A stretch of 53,667 nt of DNA from Trichocoleus sp. Lineage in GTDB: Bacteria > Cyanobacteriota > Cyanobacteriia > Phormidesmidales > Phormidesmidaceae. Both the position numbers and the translations under genes were made by a program. Below, one piece after another: positions 1-9,468 of the stretch. Within the stretch, counting starts at the first letter, position 1. Each line of letters begins with the position of its first letter. Below the pieces are notes generated by a model that saw only the letters and a program-made list of their open reading frames with translations, made no database searches and was not told where the DNA came from. The DNA is taken from assembly GCA_036702895.1 (NCBI GenBank), contig DATNQE010000603.1, forward strand, positions 1 through 53,667. The letters run 5' to 3'.

Positions 1-137
1 AGCAGCGGAGGCGGAAGAGGGCTAATGCCGATGGACCGCAGCCTATACCCACCCAACTGGGATGCGATCGCGCTGTCCAAAAAGCAGGCGGTGAACTGGA
101 CCTGCGAGAACTGTGGCCGCCCCTGCCGCCGTTCTGG
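1..137 (+). repeat. Terminal direct repeat (circular assembly overlap), copy 1
   Basis: 1..137 is identical to 53531..53667. Confidence 0.97.
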
Positions 138-501
138 CCAGGGGGAGGCCGAGGCCGAATTTGAGATGCGGCTAGAGGCAGAGCACCCGCTTTGGTACCC
201 AGACCTATTTGCCGAAGTTGCCGATGAGGAGCTGGGCTTTGTTGAGGTCAAAAAGCTCACCCGCTTTGTGCTCACGGTCGCTCACAAGAACCAGAACCCG
301 AGCGACTGCTCCGACGAAAACCTAAAAGCCTGGTGCGCCCCGTGCCACCTGGATTATGACCGCCCCCACCGAGTCGCTAACCGCTATCGCAAACGCGAGC
401 GCGGGGGCCAGCTCACCCTGCTGTGGCCACCCGCGATCGCACCCACCCCAGCAGGCCAGGGAAAGAGCCCGCATCACATACAGCCGCCGCTTTGGAGTTA
501 A
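25..501 (+). CDS. HNH endonuclease-like protein
   Basis: YPPNW..CENC..LTVAH..NL.AWCAPCH pattern typical of small phage HNH/zinc proteins. Confidence 0.7.
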   Translation: MPMDRSLYPPNWDAIALSKKQAVNWTCENCGRPCRRSGQGEAEAEFEMRLEAEHPLWYPDLFAEVADEELGFVEVKKLTRFVLTVAHKNQNPSDCSDENLKAWCAPCHLDYDRPHRVANRYRKRERGGQLTLLWPPAIAPTPAGQGKSPHHIQPPLWS

Positions 502-505
502 AGCC

Positions 506-2503
506 ATGGCAGCCCGCACTCAGCACCAGTTCAGCAGAGGCGATTGGGTCAGGGTGGCCAGGCCCATCTCCGGCAATACAGACCTACAGGACCAAGTTTT
601 AGAGGTAGTTGAAGTGGTAGGAAAAAGCGCAGTTTTGAAGGAAAGAGGAAAGCGCCGAGTCGTTGGTGTAGAGCAGCTAGAGCCCATCCAACAAGCGCGT
701 GAGTGGCAGGTTGGAGATCGGGTTGAGGGCGAAAACCCCGAGGGAAAGACTCTGCGCGGTGAAATTGCGGCCATTGGTGACCGATGGTTGCGCATTGGCC
801 CTAGCCCAAAAGATGCCGTAGCTGTTGCCACGGCTCGCCTACTAGAGTCCATCCCCCATTCCGATGCATCGGAATCTACCGCCGTTGCGGTCGAGATTGT
901 TGAGGCTGACCCCACAGCCCGCCTGGCCCAGCTCGAAGATGAGATCCGCCAGGGCATGGCTCAGGTTGAGGCCGGGGCAGCTCGCAGCTGGGCAGCGGTT
1001 GCTGCAATTAAGGCCGAGGACTTATGGAAAATCGGCGGCTACAAAAGCTTTGCAGCCTACTGCAAAGATAAGTTCGACTGGCAGAAGACCAATGCCTACG
1101 ATGCCCTCAAGGCGGGCGTGATGCGGCAGGCGCTGTTGGATTCGGGGGTGGAAGAGTCCGAGTTGCCCACCAGCTTGATGGCAATGCGCGAGCTGGCCAA
1201 GGTTGAGCCAGAGCAGCGGGCAGAGGTAGTGCAACAGGCCTCTGCCAGCGCCGGTGGCCCACCCACAGCCAAAGCGATCAAGGCGGCAGCTGCGCCCAAG
1301 GTTGACTCTGCACAAGAGAGTGCCAACCCCTTCAACACCATGAAGAACGGCGGCTTCGTAGAGGTTGACCCATTTGACTTTGGCCGACTTCAAGAACTGC
1401 TAGTTTCCGGCAAGGCCAAGGGCCTGGAAGAGCTGTCTGACCGCTGGAGACTGTCTTGTGGCAACGAGTATTTGGAGTTTTGCCAGTACGGAAGACAGGT
1501 TTTAATTTCAAGCCACCACGACGGCAGTTGCGGCTATGTCGGCTCCTCCATGAGCAAGGGCAAAGTGCAAAAGCTGGTCAAAAAAATTCTCAAGGCAGCT
1601 GCAACAGCGCCCAGGGTTGACCCCGATGCAATGGCCGAAAGGGAAGGAGCCAAGCTGGAGGCGGAAGCTGCTGCGATCTCGGCTGGTGATTATGTCTCGC
1701 CCACCTGGGACGAACAGGAGGTCGGGGTTGTTGAGAGAGTTCGCGACGTCCGTGATCCGCTCTCTCGTGATCTGGTGGTGAAGTGGCTGACCCACACAGG
1801 CCAGAGCCTAGAGCATTCCAAGCAGGTGCTCAAGCTCTCGCCCGACAACCCTCTGGTAGTTAAGGCGCTGGCAAGACGGGCACGGGAGGACGCTCGGCTG
1901 GGCCTTTCCGATGGATCGGAATCAGAGGACACAGAGCCCACCTGCCTAGACGCCAGCGGGCAACCCATTGCGGTCGATGATGTGGTGCTGACAGCCGCCG
2001 ACCGCGAGCTGCTCGGCCAGGTCACGGCCATTGAGCCAGATGATTTTCTGCCGATCACTGTGCGGACGGCTGGCGGCATCACAAGAGTCAAAGCCGAGTC
2101 CCTGTTGGTAGCTCCCCAGGAAATGGTCGACAGCCTGATAGAGCAGGCCAAGCGTAAGGCTTCAGAGCCAGGAGACGACCAATCCACCACGGAGAACCCC
2201 GCGCCCGTTGTAGAGGCTCCTAGAGGGGCCTGGAAGGTGGGGGATGTGGTGGTCGATGAGTACCGGCCTTATTCCCCGATGGCGATCGCAAAGCTCTCCG
2301 ATACCCAGGCCTGCTGCTGGACCCAGCTCGATGAGATGTGGATCGGCTGGGAGCGGCTGCGGCCCTACGATGGCCTGGCTGAAGCTTGCAGCCTGGAGGG
2401 CATTGTGCGCTACCGGCTCAAGGAGCTGGTGAAGGTGACGAGCGCCGATGAGGTCGCAGAACTGCTGGAGGAGCTTTGGGATAAGGAGGCTGCCAATGAC
2501 TAA
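506..2503 (+). CDS. Large multidomain early protein (several SH3/KOW-like beta modules plus a central helical DNA-binding-like region)
   Basis: Repeated GD.V..-type modules (FSRGDWVRV, WQVGDRVEG, AGDYVS, WKVGDVVV); central GYKSFAAYCKDKFDW..AY helix; start moved to ATG 506 just after the upstream stop. Confidence 0.6.
   Translation: MAARTQHQFSRGDWVRVARPISGNTDLQDQVLEVVEVVGKSAVLKERGKRRVVGVEQLEPIQQAREWQVGDRVEGENPEGKTLRGEIAAIGDRWLRIGPSPKDAVAVATARLLESIPHSDASESTAVAVEIVEADPTARLAQLEDEIRQGMAQVEAGAARSWAAVAAIKAEDLWKIGGYKSFAAYCKDKFDWQKTNAYDALKAGVMRQALLDSGVEESELPTSLMAMRELAKVEPEQRAEVVQQASASAGGPPTAKAIKAAAAPKVDSAQESANPFNTMKNGGFVEVDPFDFGRLQELLVSGKAKGLEELSDRWRLSCGNEYLEFCQYGRQVLISSHHDGSCGYVGSSMSKGKVQKLVKKILKAAATAPRVDPDAMAEREGAKLEAEAAAISAGDYVSPTWDEQEVGVVERVRDVRDPLSRDLVVKWLTHTGQSLEHSKQVLKLSPDNPLVVKALARRAREDARLGLSDGSESEDTEPTCLDASGQPIAVDDVVLTAADRELLGQVTAIEPDDFLPITVRTAGGITRVKAESLLVAPQEMVDSLIEQAKRKASEPGDDQSTTENPAPVVEAPRGAWKVGDVVVDEYRPYSPMAIAKLSDTQACCWTQLDEMWIGWERLRPYDGLAEACSLEGIVRYRLKELVKVTSADEVAELLEELWDKEAAND
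859..874. repeat. 16-bp palindrome TTCCGATGCATCGGAA, copy 1
   Basis: Exact copy; a one-mismatch variant lies at 1906-1921. Confidence 0.9.
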
Positions 2504-3311
2504 CAAAGCACCCTGCCCTAATCGCCGCTGCGTCCCTTACCCCGAAGTGGAGTGCCCAGCAGGCCTCTCTACTCTCTGCACGGTAAACCCTTACGACTGC
2601 CCCAACTACGAATACTGCGAGAACATCACCTGCCCGCTGCCACTGCCCTACGAATACTGCGATGAATGCCTGTGCCTGACGGTTAAGCCCCTGTGCTACT
2701 ACGGCGAGGAAACACAGAGAGATCTTTCTGCTGAGGGCTGGAATGAAGCCATGCAGATGCCCTATGAGTACCGCGACGGGTGCCTGACCGTTTGGGGCGG
2801 ATTCTTTGGCCCGGACGGAACCACTGAGTATGGCTTTGAAGCTGCGCAGCGCCTGCCCTATGAGTACCGCGATGGAGCCCTGATAGTGACTAACTGCAGC
2901 TCAGACGGTTGGTGGGTAGCTGAGTTCATCAGGTGGAATTTTTGGGTCGAGAAAGACGGCTGCCAAGTCTATCAGGTTGCGAATGGCTGGGCATCGAGAG
3001 AGGGTTTTGCGCTATCTGAAGCTCTGCCATATCGGGTTTCAAAAAGGGGCTTGACGGTGCTCAGAGCGGAGGGCGAGTTTGTACCCGCCAAGCCCATCGA
3101 GCAGAAGCGCTATGAGGGTTTGCCGCTCTACACCTACGTCGATATCCTGCCCAGTCACCTCAAGTTTCTCTATCAGCTCAAGGAAATGCGGCTACAGCCT
3201 GCGCCAGAACAGCAGCCCGTCGCCTACTACCACAAGATCCGACCCGCCTCAAAAATCCCGCTCTGGGATGTGCGTGAAGCCGTGGCAATAGCGACAAAGG
3301 AGCCTGTTTAA
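2496..3311 (+). CDS. Cys-rich hypothetical protein with four internal PYEY-type repeats
   Basis: ATG 2496 overlaps the upstream gene end; repeats PYEYCDECL / PYEYRDGCL / PYEYRDGAL / PYRVSKRGL. Confidence 0.65.
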   Translation: MTNKAPCPNRRCVPYPEVECPAGLSTLCTVNPYDCPNYEYCENITCPLPLPYEYCDECLCLTVKPLCYYGEETQRDLSAEGWNEAMQMPYEYRDGCLTVWGGFFGPDGTTEYGFEAAQRLPYEYRDGALIVTNCSSDGWWVAEFIRWNFWVEKDGCQVYQVANGWASREGFALSEALPYRVSKRGLTVLRAEGEFVPAKPIEQKRYEGLPLYTYVDILPSHLKFLYQLKEMRLQPAPEQQPVAYYHKIRPASKIPLWDVREAVAIATKEPV

Positions 3312-3640
3312 TGCCCCGCATACCAGGAGTTCCTGACACCGGTGAGTACGCCCAGCTGCATGACCTTGCGGATATCGCCTACTGGGAGGACAAAGAGCGC
3401 ATTCTGCCATTGCAAAAAGCAATGAGAGGTCACGTTTTTGACGACAACTTCGCGGCCTACAGCCACTTGCGGTTGTGGGTGCAAGCCCTTATGGAGGAGG
3501 CTCAGCAAGCTCGCTGGCGACGCGAAGAAATGATCCACTGGCTCTACCTCGACACCCAGCTGAGAGCCGAAGGAAAGACCTACCCCGACGTGTACGAGGC
3601 TCTTCCAGCCAAAACCCCAAACCCTGACGATGAGTTTTAG
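3311..3640 (+). CDS. Hypothetical protein
   Basis: TAATG translational coupling within the operon. Confidence 0.65.
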   Translation: MPRIPGVPDTGEYAQLHDLADIAYWEDKERILPLQKAMRGHVFDDNFAAYSHLRLWVQALMEEAQQARWRREEMIHWLYLDTQLRAEGKTYPDVYEALPAKTPNPDDEF

Positions 3641-3642
3641 CC

Positions 3643-3972
3643 ATGCCACGAGACAACGAACGAATCATCCAAATCTGCACCGAGCTCTCTCAGACCAGCA
3701 GAAAGGCCCTGACAGAGCTGCTAGAGGCTGGAGCCCCCACCGATCTCATCGTCGAGCTGCTGCACGGCTTTCGAGGGCTCGAAAACGTTGTAGGCAACCT
3801 TGCCCAGCCCCAGCCGCGACATGGTGAGATTATCCCCTGGGATTCTCAAGAGGTCGTCATTCGTCGGGCGGCCGAAGAGGCGCTGAAGCCCTTTCTCCAA
3901 CGGCTAGATGCGATCGCAGACAAGGTAGATGCGTTTTCTGAAAAGCTTAATGACCCAAAGGCAGGAGAGTGA
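3643..3972 (+). CDS. Hypothetical protein
   Basis: Tightly packed in the + strand operon. Confidence 0.65.
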   Translation: MPRDNERIIQICTELSQTSRKALTELLEAGAPTDLIVELLHGFRGLENVVGNLAQPQPRHGEIIPWDSQEVVIRRAAEEALKPFLQRLDAIADKVDAFSEKLNDPKAGE

Positions 3973-3975
3973 GCC

Positions 3976-4182
3976 ATGCACATAAAGCTCATCAAAATCA
4001 GCTACAACCCACGGCTCAAAGGCGTTGTAGACGCAGCCCTGCACACTTTGCAAATTGCCTTGCATGGGCGCTGCCAGGTCAGCACACAGCATTTTGAGTC
4101 AGAGCAGGAGCTAGAGGTGTTTCAGCTCAACGGCGTTGATGGTCCAGAGGAGCACTACGAGGAGGTTTCAGCCGATGGCTAA
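3976..4182 (+). CDS. Hypothetical protein
   Basis: GGAG upstream; fills the operon gap. Confidence 0.5.
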   Translation: MHIKLIKISYNPRLKGVVDAALHTLQIALHGRCQVSTQHFESEQELEVFQLNGVDGPEEHYEEVSADG

Positions 4183-4711
4183 AGGTTTTGCAAAAGAGCA
4201 GCAGCCGGATGAAATTTTGGTTGAGTCGCTGGTCAAATCTCGCACCCTGGAACCGGCGATCAACATCAAGTGGGGCAAGCAGCAGGCCCAGCTCACTCCT
4301 CAGCAAGCTGCCGCTCACGCCCTAGCAGTCCTCGAAGTGGTAGCAGCAGCTGAGCTAGACAGCGCCGTTATGAGATGGGCCGTGGAGGTTGCCGGTGCAG
4401 CTCCAGCAGAGGGGGCTAAACTGCTGCAACTATTCCGACAGAAGCGGGAATCAAGCCAAATCCCCAGCTGCACCATGAACCTGGGGGATGAGTCGATTCG
4501 CCCTGATACAGCCAGGGAGCGGGCTAAGTACCTGCTGATGAATGCCGCCAACACCGAAGTAGAGGCATTTCTGATGGTCTTTGCCATGCAGGATTTGAGC
4601 CTGACGGCAGACCAAGCGGCCCAAATGGTTGAGGAGCTGCGGCAGATGCGAGGGCTGCAAACTGACTGGAATCGTGAAGGCCTGGGAGGTGACGGTGATG
4701 AGCAACCTTGA
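4175..4711 (+). CDS. Hypothetical protein
   Basis: GGAGG upstream of ATG 4175 (MAKGF); operon context. Confidence 0.6.
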   Translation: MAKGFAKEQQPDEILVESLVKSRTLEPAINIKWGKQQAQLTPQQAAAHALAVLEVVAAAELDSAVMRWAVEVAGAAPAEGAKLLQLFRQKRESSQIPSCTMNLGDESIRPDTARERAKYLLMNAANTEVEAFLMVFAMQDLSLTADQAAQMVEELRQMRGLQTDWNREGLGGDGDEQP

Positions 4712-5105
4712 GCAGCTCACGGCCCTGCTGGAGAATGTGGTCACAAAGCTGGGTCAGTACCAGGCGAACTACGATGCGCTGATGGCTGCCCACCAGGAAA
4801 CCCTTGATCGCATCGCCGAGCTGGAGCGCAAGCTGGTCCCAGCCGATCCAGAAACGGCCTATCAACCAGAAGCTATCAAGCTTCTGCACACCTCCAACCG
4901 CACCCTCAGCCGACGCCGGAAGGATGGCGAGCTGATTGAGGGCGTGCACTGGTGGCGCGAGCGGGGCAGAGGCCGACCCATCTACAACATCCGGCTGATA
5001 CGCGACGGGTTGCGCAAGGGGTTCGACTCACCGGAGCACACCAGGGCCTGCGAGATGTGGCTCAAGGCGCAGCCGAGTGAGCAACGCAAACTGAGAAGAG
5101 CCTAA
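4698..5105 (+). CDS. Excisionase-like protein (coiled coil plus winged HTH)
   Basis: EAIKLLHTSNRTLSRRRKDGELIEGVHW is Xis/MerR-like; adjacent to and convergent with the integrase. Confidence 0.7.
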   Translation: MSNLEQLTALLENVVTKLGQYQANYDALMAAHQETLDRIAELERKLVPADPETAYQPEAIKLLHTSNRTLSRRRKDGELIEGVHWWRERGRGRPIYNIRLIRDGLRKGFDSPEHTRACEMWLKAQPSEQRKLRRA

Positions 5106-5253
5106 TGTGTGACAGTTACCCCTCACCGGTGGCAGCGATCGCCGAGCTGCACCAGGTGCGCAGCTGCCAGCCCCTATTGACTCAAAGTATTGATAAATCG
5201 TGATTGTGCATTGCAAAGCACTTTGTGAAGTTGCAAGCTCTGCATTGTGACAG

Positions 5254-6453
5254 TTAGAACACTCTGCGCAGCTTTGTACGGCCCCTCGGGTTGCCCACAT
5301 AGTTGCGCAGAATGGTCTCCTCACTGTTGCCGGTGATAGCAGCAACCTCGGGCACTGACCACCCCTGATCGATGGCGTGGCTGATGAAAGTGGCGCGGGT
5401 TCTGCGCGGCATTCGGTAGGGAATGCCCAGCTCCTCCAGCAGCGGCCTCCAGCACCGTCGCCTGAAGTTGTGATCGTCTATCGGCCCGCCTTTTGGGGCC
5501 TGAAATACGTAATCTGCCCCGCTGCACTTATCCGGCTTTCGGGCCTGGAGCATCGCCTGCAGCTCCTCAGTCAGCTCGAAGGATCGGGCCTCATTGGTCT
5601 TTGTAGATTTCTGCCGACCTCGGCCCCAGCTCTCCCCAATCCAGATGCCGCTGCAGTCATCGGTTAGCGCAGACCACTTCAGCCCAGCAGCTTCCCCAGG
5701 CCTGCAGCCTACCGACAGGCAAAACTCAATCAAGTCTGCATAGCACTGGTACTTTGGCGTGCTTTTGGCGTGCTGCAGAATCTGCCCAATCTCTTCTTTG
5801 GTAAAGGGTCTAGGCTTAGGCCTCGGCGGCACCTTCACCCGCACATCGCTCCATGGGTTTTCTGCCACCAGCTTGCGCTTGATAGCCCACTGCCAGCAGC
5901 TTCTGAGCATCCCAATGCGCTCGCGGGTGGTGATCGGTTCAATGCGCTGCAGCAGCCAGTCTCTGAACTCAAAGGCCTGGCTCTCACTCACATCGGCGGC
6001 CAGCCGGGCTCTGAAGAACTGCCCCAGGTAACCCAGCAGCCCCCGATACTTCTGCAAGCTCTCTGGCTCAAGGGTTTTACGCTTCCATTCGGCATATCGC
6101 TCAAACAGGCTGACCACGCTCAAGGCGTGCGCAATGCCGGGGCCGCTGCGGTACTTCTCCAGAGTCCTATCGAACCTGCCAGCGCCGGGGCTAATCTGGT
6201 CGGCGTGGATGTCGGCCTCAATCTCAGAGGCTTTGCGCTGTGCAACCGTGCGGTTAACATCGTTGTCGGCCAGCCCTAGCGAGAGCGTGTACTGCCGGCC
6301 CTGATGCCGCCATCGCAATCGCAGCCACCCCCGGTCGCTGATAATTCCAACTGCACCCTTTCGCCTCTTCACTCCGTCACAAATCCGATCCAAACTGGCA
6401 AGGTCAGGCAGGATTATGGCAGGTTTTGGCGAGTCGTGCAGGAGATCGGGCAT
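5254..6453 (-). CDS. int: Phage integrase (tyrosine recombinase with N-terminal arm-binding domain)
   Basis: LRLRWRHQGRQYTLSLGL arm domain; catalytic GCRPGE, STKT, RRTR, GNS..RNY; next to attP; ATG 6453 chosen because the longer ORF runs through the att hairpin. Confidence 0.93.
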   Translation of the reverse strand: MPDLLHDSPKPAIILPDLASLDRICDGVKRRKGAVGIISDRGWLRLRWRHQGRQYTLSLGLADNDVNRTVAQRKASEIEADIHADQISPGAGRFDRTLEKYRSGPGIAHALSVVSLFERYAEWKRKTLEPESLQKYRGLLGYLGQFFRARLAADVSESQAFEFRDWLLQRIEPITTRERIGMLRSCWQWAIKRKLVAENPWSDVRVKVPPRPKPRPFTKEEIGQILQHAKSTPKYQCYADLIEFCLSVGCRPGEAAGLKWSALTDDCSGIWIGESWGRGRQKSTKTNEARSFELTEELQAMLQARKPDKCSGADYVFQAPKGGPIDDHNFRRRCWRPLLEELGIPYRMPRRTRATFISHAIDQGWSVPEVAAITGNSEETILRNYVGNPRGRTKLRRVF

Positions 6454-6479
6454 GACTGAAAGCCTCGCTTTAAAACGCC

Positions 6480-6505
6480 GAAACCTCCTGAAAACAGGAG
6501 GTTTC
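6480..6505 (-). terminator. 11-bp stem hairpin downstream of the tRNA 3' fragment
   Basis: GAAACCTCCTG-AAAA-CAGGAGGTTTC. Confidence 0.65.
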
Positions 6506-6511
6506 AACCTA

Positions 6512-6554
6512 TCGGAGCGGCGGGATTTGAACCCACGACCCCTACTACCCCAAA
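6512..6554 (-). other. attP: attP core: 3' half of tRNA-Pro(GGG)
   Basis: Minus strand reads TTTGGGGTAGTAGGGGTCGTGGGTTCAAATCCCGCCGCTCCGA: anticodon loop with GGG, T-arm GGTTCAAATCC and 3' acceptor strand; 5' half absent; beside the integrase. Confidence 0.9.
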
Positions 6555-6660
6555 ATAAGGTCTGCTCTGCAAAAAGCTTTATTTAGCAATGGTTCTGACG
6601 GTTGAGTCTCTAACTCCGATCTTGGTTCCGACAGCTTCATAGGGCTTTGACGTGCCTGGC

Positions 6661-7758
6661 TCAGCTCTCCCAAGTTCCCGACAGACGGTTCAAGAGGTAA
6701 CTACTGGTTGTCGGGCTGCTGATCTCTAAAGCCTGGTACCAGGTGTAGCCCGCAACAGGTAAGTGGGCCAGGCTGCTGAGGACCGTCTCGCGGGAGTTAG
6801 TCGTATCGTCACCGTTTCCAAAGCTGTCGGCATCACCAGAGCCGGAGGTGGTATTGATACCCCAGTTGATGTTGCCATCGTTTACCACGGTTGAGGCTGC
6901 CAGCAGCCGCGCCATTGCCTCTCCAGCCACACCGCAAACCACTTCAAAACGGTTAGTTGTGTCGTTTCCAAACGACCGAAAGGCAGAGTTGAAATTGCTT
7001 GTAAAGTCCCCTATTGCTTTATAAAATTTGCGGGGTTTTCGGTTGTAGAAGTTCCAGACAAATCGCCGCAGCTGAGAGTCTTCGCACTGGCCAAGAGTGC
7101 TGGTGGTTCGGATAGTGCCAAGATAGCGCCGAGTGGCTGCCCCACTGCGCACCCAGACCCCATCTTGCAGAGCAAGAGCCGTGGCCCGGGTGATGCCATT
7201 TGTCCACGCGGTCGCCTCAAGCGTCAACGTCCCCGCGTTGTCGTAGAGGAAGATGTCGTAGTTGGTGCTCGCGGTCAGGCCAGATAGGCTCAGCGAGCGC
7301 TCAGCAAAGGTGCGCAGCTGCCACTCGCTGCCCGTGTAGATGGCAATCAAATTGCCGGTGTAAGGAGTGAAGTACAAGATAGTGGCTGCCGTGACGTCGC
7401 TGGTTGTGATGGCAACGCCAGTGGTTAGGGTGAGTCTGCCCTGGCAAATTCCCAAATCCAGCCAGGGACTGACCAGGCCCCAGGCATTGGTGCCAGTGCG
7501 GCGGAGAATTCCAGTGCCGCTGAGGGCTGCGATCGCATCTAGGTCGGCATCCCAGGCCTGCACCTCCTGGCCGATTGTTAGGCCGTCCAGGCCTGCCAGC
7601 AGGGCATCGACCTGGCCTTTGAGCCAGCGGGTGCGGTCGGTGATCTGCTTGAGCTGGAGGTTGGGCGCATTAATCTCGTTGCCCCCCAGCGCGATGTCGT
7701 TGGCCTCAATCCGAGTGATTCCAGCCGTGAAAGAGTTGGTTTCGGTTAGGTTCGGCAC
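6661..7758 (-). CDS. Tail fibre protein
   Basis: N-terminal NLTE..GG...PNLQLKQITDRTRWLK is a P2 gpH-like baseplate-attachment motif; follows gpI. Confidence 0.85.
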   Translation of the reverse strand: MPNLTETNSFTAGITRIEANDIALGGNEINAPNLQLKQITDRTRWLKGQVDALLAGLDGLTIGQEVQAWDADLDAIAALSGTGILRRTGTNAWGLVSPWLDLGICQGRLTLTTGVAITTSDVTAATILYFTPYTGNLIAIYTGSEWQLRTFAERSLSLSGLTASTNYDIFLYDNAGTLTLEATAWTNGITRATALALQDGVWVRSGAATRRYLGTIRTTSTLGQCEDSQLRRFVWNFYNRKPRKFYKAIGDFTSNFNSAFRSFGNDTTNRFEVVCGVAGEAMARLLAASTVVNDGNINWGINTTSGSGDADSFGNGDDTTNSRETVLSSLAHLPVAGYTWYQALEISSPTTSSYLLNRLSGTWES

Positions 7759-8360
7759 TAGATGTTCCTCTCTCCGTCAAAGGTTTGCGAGCCGTTGAAT
7801 GACCACAGCCCGTCGTGCAGCTGCAGGTTGCTAAATAGGCTGATTGAGCCAATTCGCAGATCGATCAGGTAACTGCGGGCGTTCTTCCACTCGTTAATGA
7901 GGGCCACGATCAGGGTGACCAGGGCGGCGCTCACTGCCGACTGCTGCGGGTCGAGAGTGACGATGAAGCCGCCGTAGCTGACCCCCGAGAACTGCCGGGT
8001 GCCGTTGAATGACCAGCTGCCATCAAAGCGCAGGCCCGGGTTCTCGGTGATCGTGGCGTTGGGATAGCCCACCAGAGCCATTGCTCGGCGCACTGAGTAG
8101 GGCGTGCCAGCAACCCGGTGAAGCGCGATCGCTTCCTTGATGAGTGCCCGTCGCTGCGCCTCAGTGCCCGCCAGGGTCCACCCTCGCAGGCCCAGCACGT
8201 TGAACTGGTCGGCCAGGTCATACAGCGCCTCAGCTGTCACGGCATCGATGTCGTAGACAGCCAAAGGTTGCAGATCCATCGTGCTCAGACGCTCAGCAAC
8301 AGCCTCAAACGCCAGAAAGCGCTCGTCTCTAATCGCTATGGGCAGCAGGCTATCCGGCAT
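7758..8360 (-). CDS. Phage tail protein I (P2 gpI-like baseplate wedge)
   Basis: LYDLADQF..RRALIKEAIALHRVAGTPYSVRRA. Confidence 0.88.
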   Translation of the reverse strand: MPDSLLPIAIRDERFLAFEAVAERLSTMDLQPLAVYDIDAVTAEALYDLADQFNVLGLRGWTLAGTEAQRRALIKEAIALHRVAGTPYSVRRAMALVGYPNATITENPGLRFDGSWSFNGTRQFSGVSYGGFIVTLDPQQSAVSAALVTLIVALINEWKNARSYLIDLRIGSISLFSNLQLHDGLWSFNGSQTFDGERNI

Positions 8361-9468
8361 TGGTCCCCGCAATGGTGATGGTGATGGCGGTGCAGTTGGC
8401 CCACTGGCTCGGGCTAATCACCTGGTCGGTAGCCGGTGAGGTCAGATTCACCTGGTAGACCCCCTCCAGGCTCAGTGCTGCGGTGAGCTGGCTGCGGATG
8501 ATGTCTTGACCGAGCTTCGCCCGCTTAGTGACGGCAAAGGCCTGGGCTGCGGCATTGAGCTGGGTGGTCAGCGTGGCCGCATCAGCGGTTGAGTAGAGCG
8601 TGATGCTGGCGGTGATTGAGTAGGTCACTGCCGTCGGCGCAATCACGTCCACCTCATCGGTTAGAGGCCTGATCGTGTCGTTGCTCAGCACATCTTCCAC
8701 GGCTGTCAGAATTTCGGTGCTGGGTAGCCCGGTTGAGGTGAGCGGGTAAACCTGCACCAGCACCGGCGAGAGCCCGCCACGGTCCTCAGGCCCTACCACG
8801 GCCACATCGATCACGTTGGGGTCAGCGGTGAGTGCCCAATACCTGTAGGCCCCCTTCGACCCAGCGACCGAGAACTGGTTAGGCGCAAGCTTGATGCGGG
8901 TGCGCAGCCGGTCGTCGGTTTCGGTGTCAGAGCCGCCGTTGCTGGTAGTGATGTTGGCAGCGCTGGTGACCCCTGCGATCGCATCAATCAGCTCATTCAC
9001 CTGGCCAGCCGTGAACCCGTTGCCAGCAGTCCCAGGCGAGAGCGCCTCGGCAATGACATCGACGGTGGCTTGATTTGCCAGGATTGTTGCGGCTTCGACG
9101 GTAGCAAAGCGAATGCCAGAGCCGGATACACCCACCCGCGTACCCTGCGGAATGAGTAGGGAGCTGGGCAGCGCGGTTCGAGAAAAGCGCATTGTCACGC
9201 GAGCGGCGGCAGCTTCCAGTCGGGTCACTCCCAGCAGCACGCCCAGCTGATCCAGGCTGGCCTCAACCGCGTAGTTGACCAGGCTCTGCTCAGCTGCGTA
9301 CTGGATGCCCATGCGCACCAGGGCCTCACGGTAGACCAGGCCATTGAGCAGCAGGCGCTCGGGCTGGCCAGGGAATAGCGCTTTGCCCAAAGCTGCCTCA
9401 AATGTGCTCAGGGCCTCGGTCTCAATGGTGGCCGGGTCACGCTCGATAAAGTCAGGGCGATCAGCCAA
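8350..9468 (-). CDS. Baseplate J/gp47 protein
   Basis: GGSDTETDDRLRTRIKLAPNQFSVAGSKGAY; IRPLTDEV. Confidence 0.93.
   Translation of the reverse strand: MADRPDFIERDPATIETEALSTFEAALGKALFPGQPERLLLNGLVYREALVRMGIQYAAEQSLVNYAVEASLDQLGVLLGVTRLEAAAARVTMRFSRTALPSSLLIPQGTRVGVSGSGIRFATVEAATILANQATVDVIAEALSPGTAGNGFTAGQVNELIDAIAGVTSAANITTSNGGSDTETDDRLRTRIKLAPNQFSVAGSKGAYRYWALTADPNVIDVAVVGPEDRGGLSPVLVQVYPLTSTGLPSTEILTAVEDVLSNDTIRPLTDEVDVIAPTAVTYSITASITLYSTADAATLTTQLNAAAQAFAVTKRAKLGQDIIRSQLTAALSLEGVYQVNLTSPATDQVISPSQWANCTAITITIAGTNAG

Noticed and set aside
1-137. Terminal repeat as true virion DNA ends
   Set aside because: It falls inside a translationally coupled early operon and is best explained as assembler overlap of a circle
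6454-6507. N-terminal extension of the integrase in the ORF track
   Set aside because: It starts at TTG within the att-proximal hairpin region; ATG 6453 is more plausible
6512-6554. Functional phage tRNA-Pro gene
   Set aside because: Only the 3' half is present; no D-arm or 5' acceptor strand
6661-7758. Diversity-generating retroelement or invertible tail-fibre tips
   Set aside because: No reverse transcriptase, template repeat, alternative fibre C-terminus or serine invertase seen
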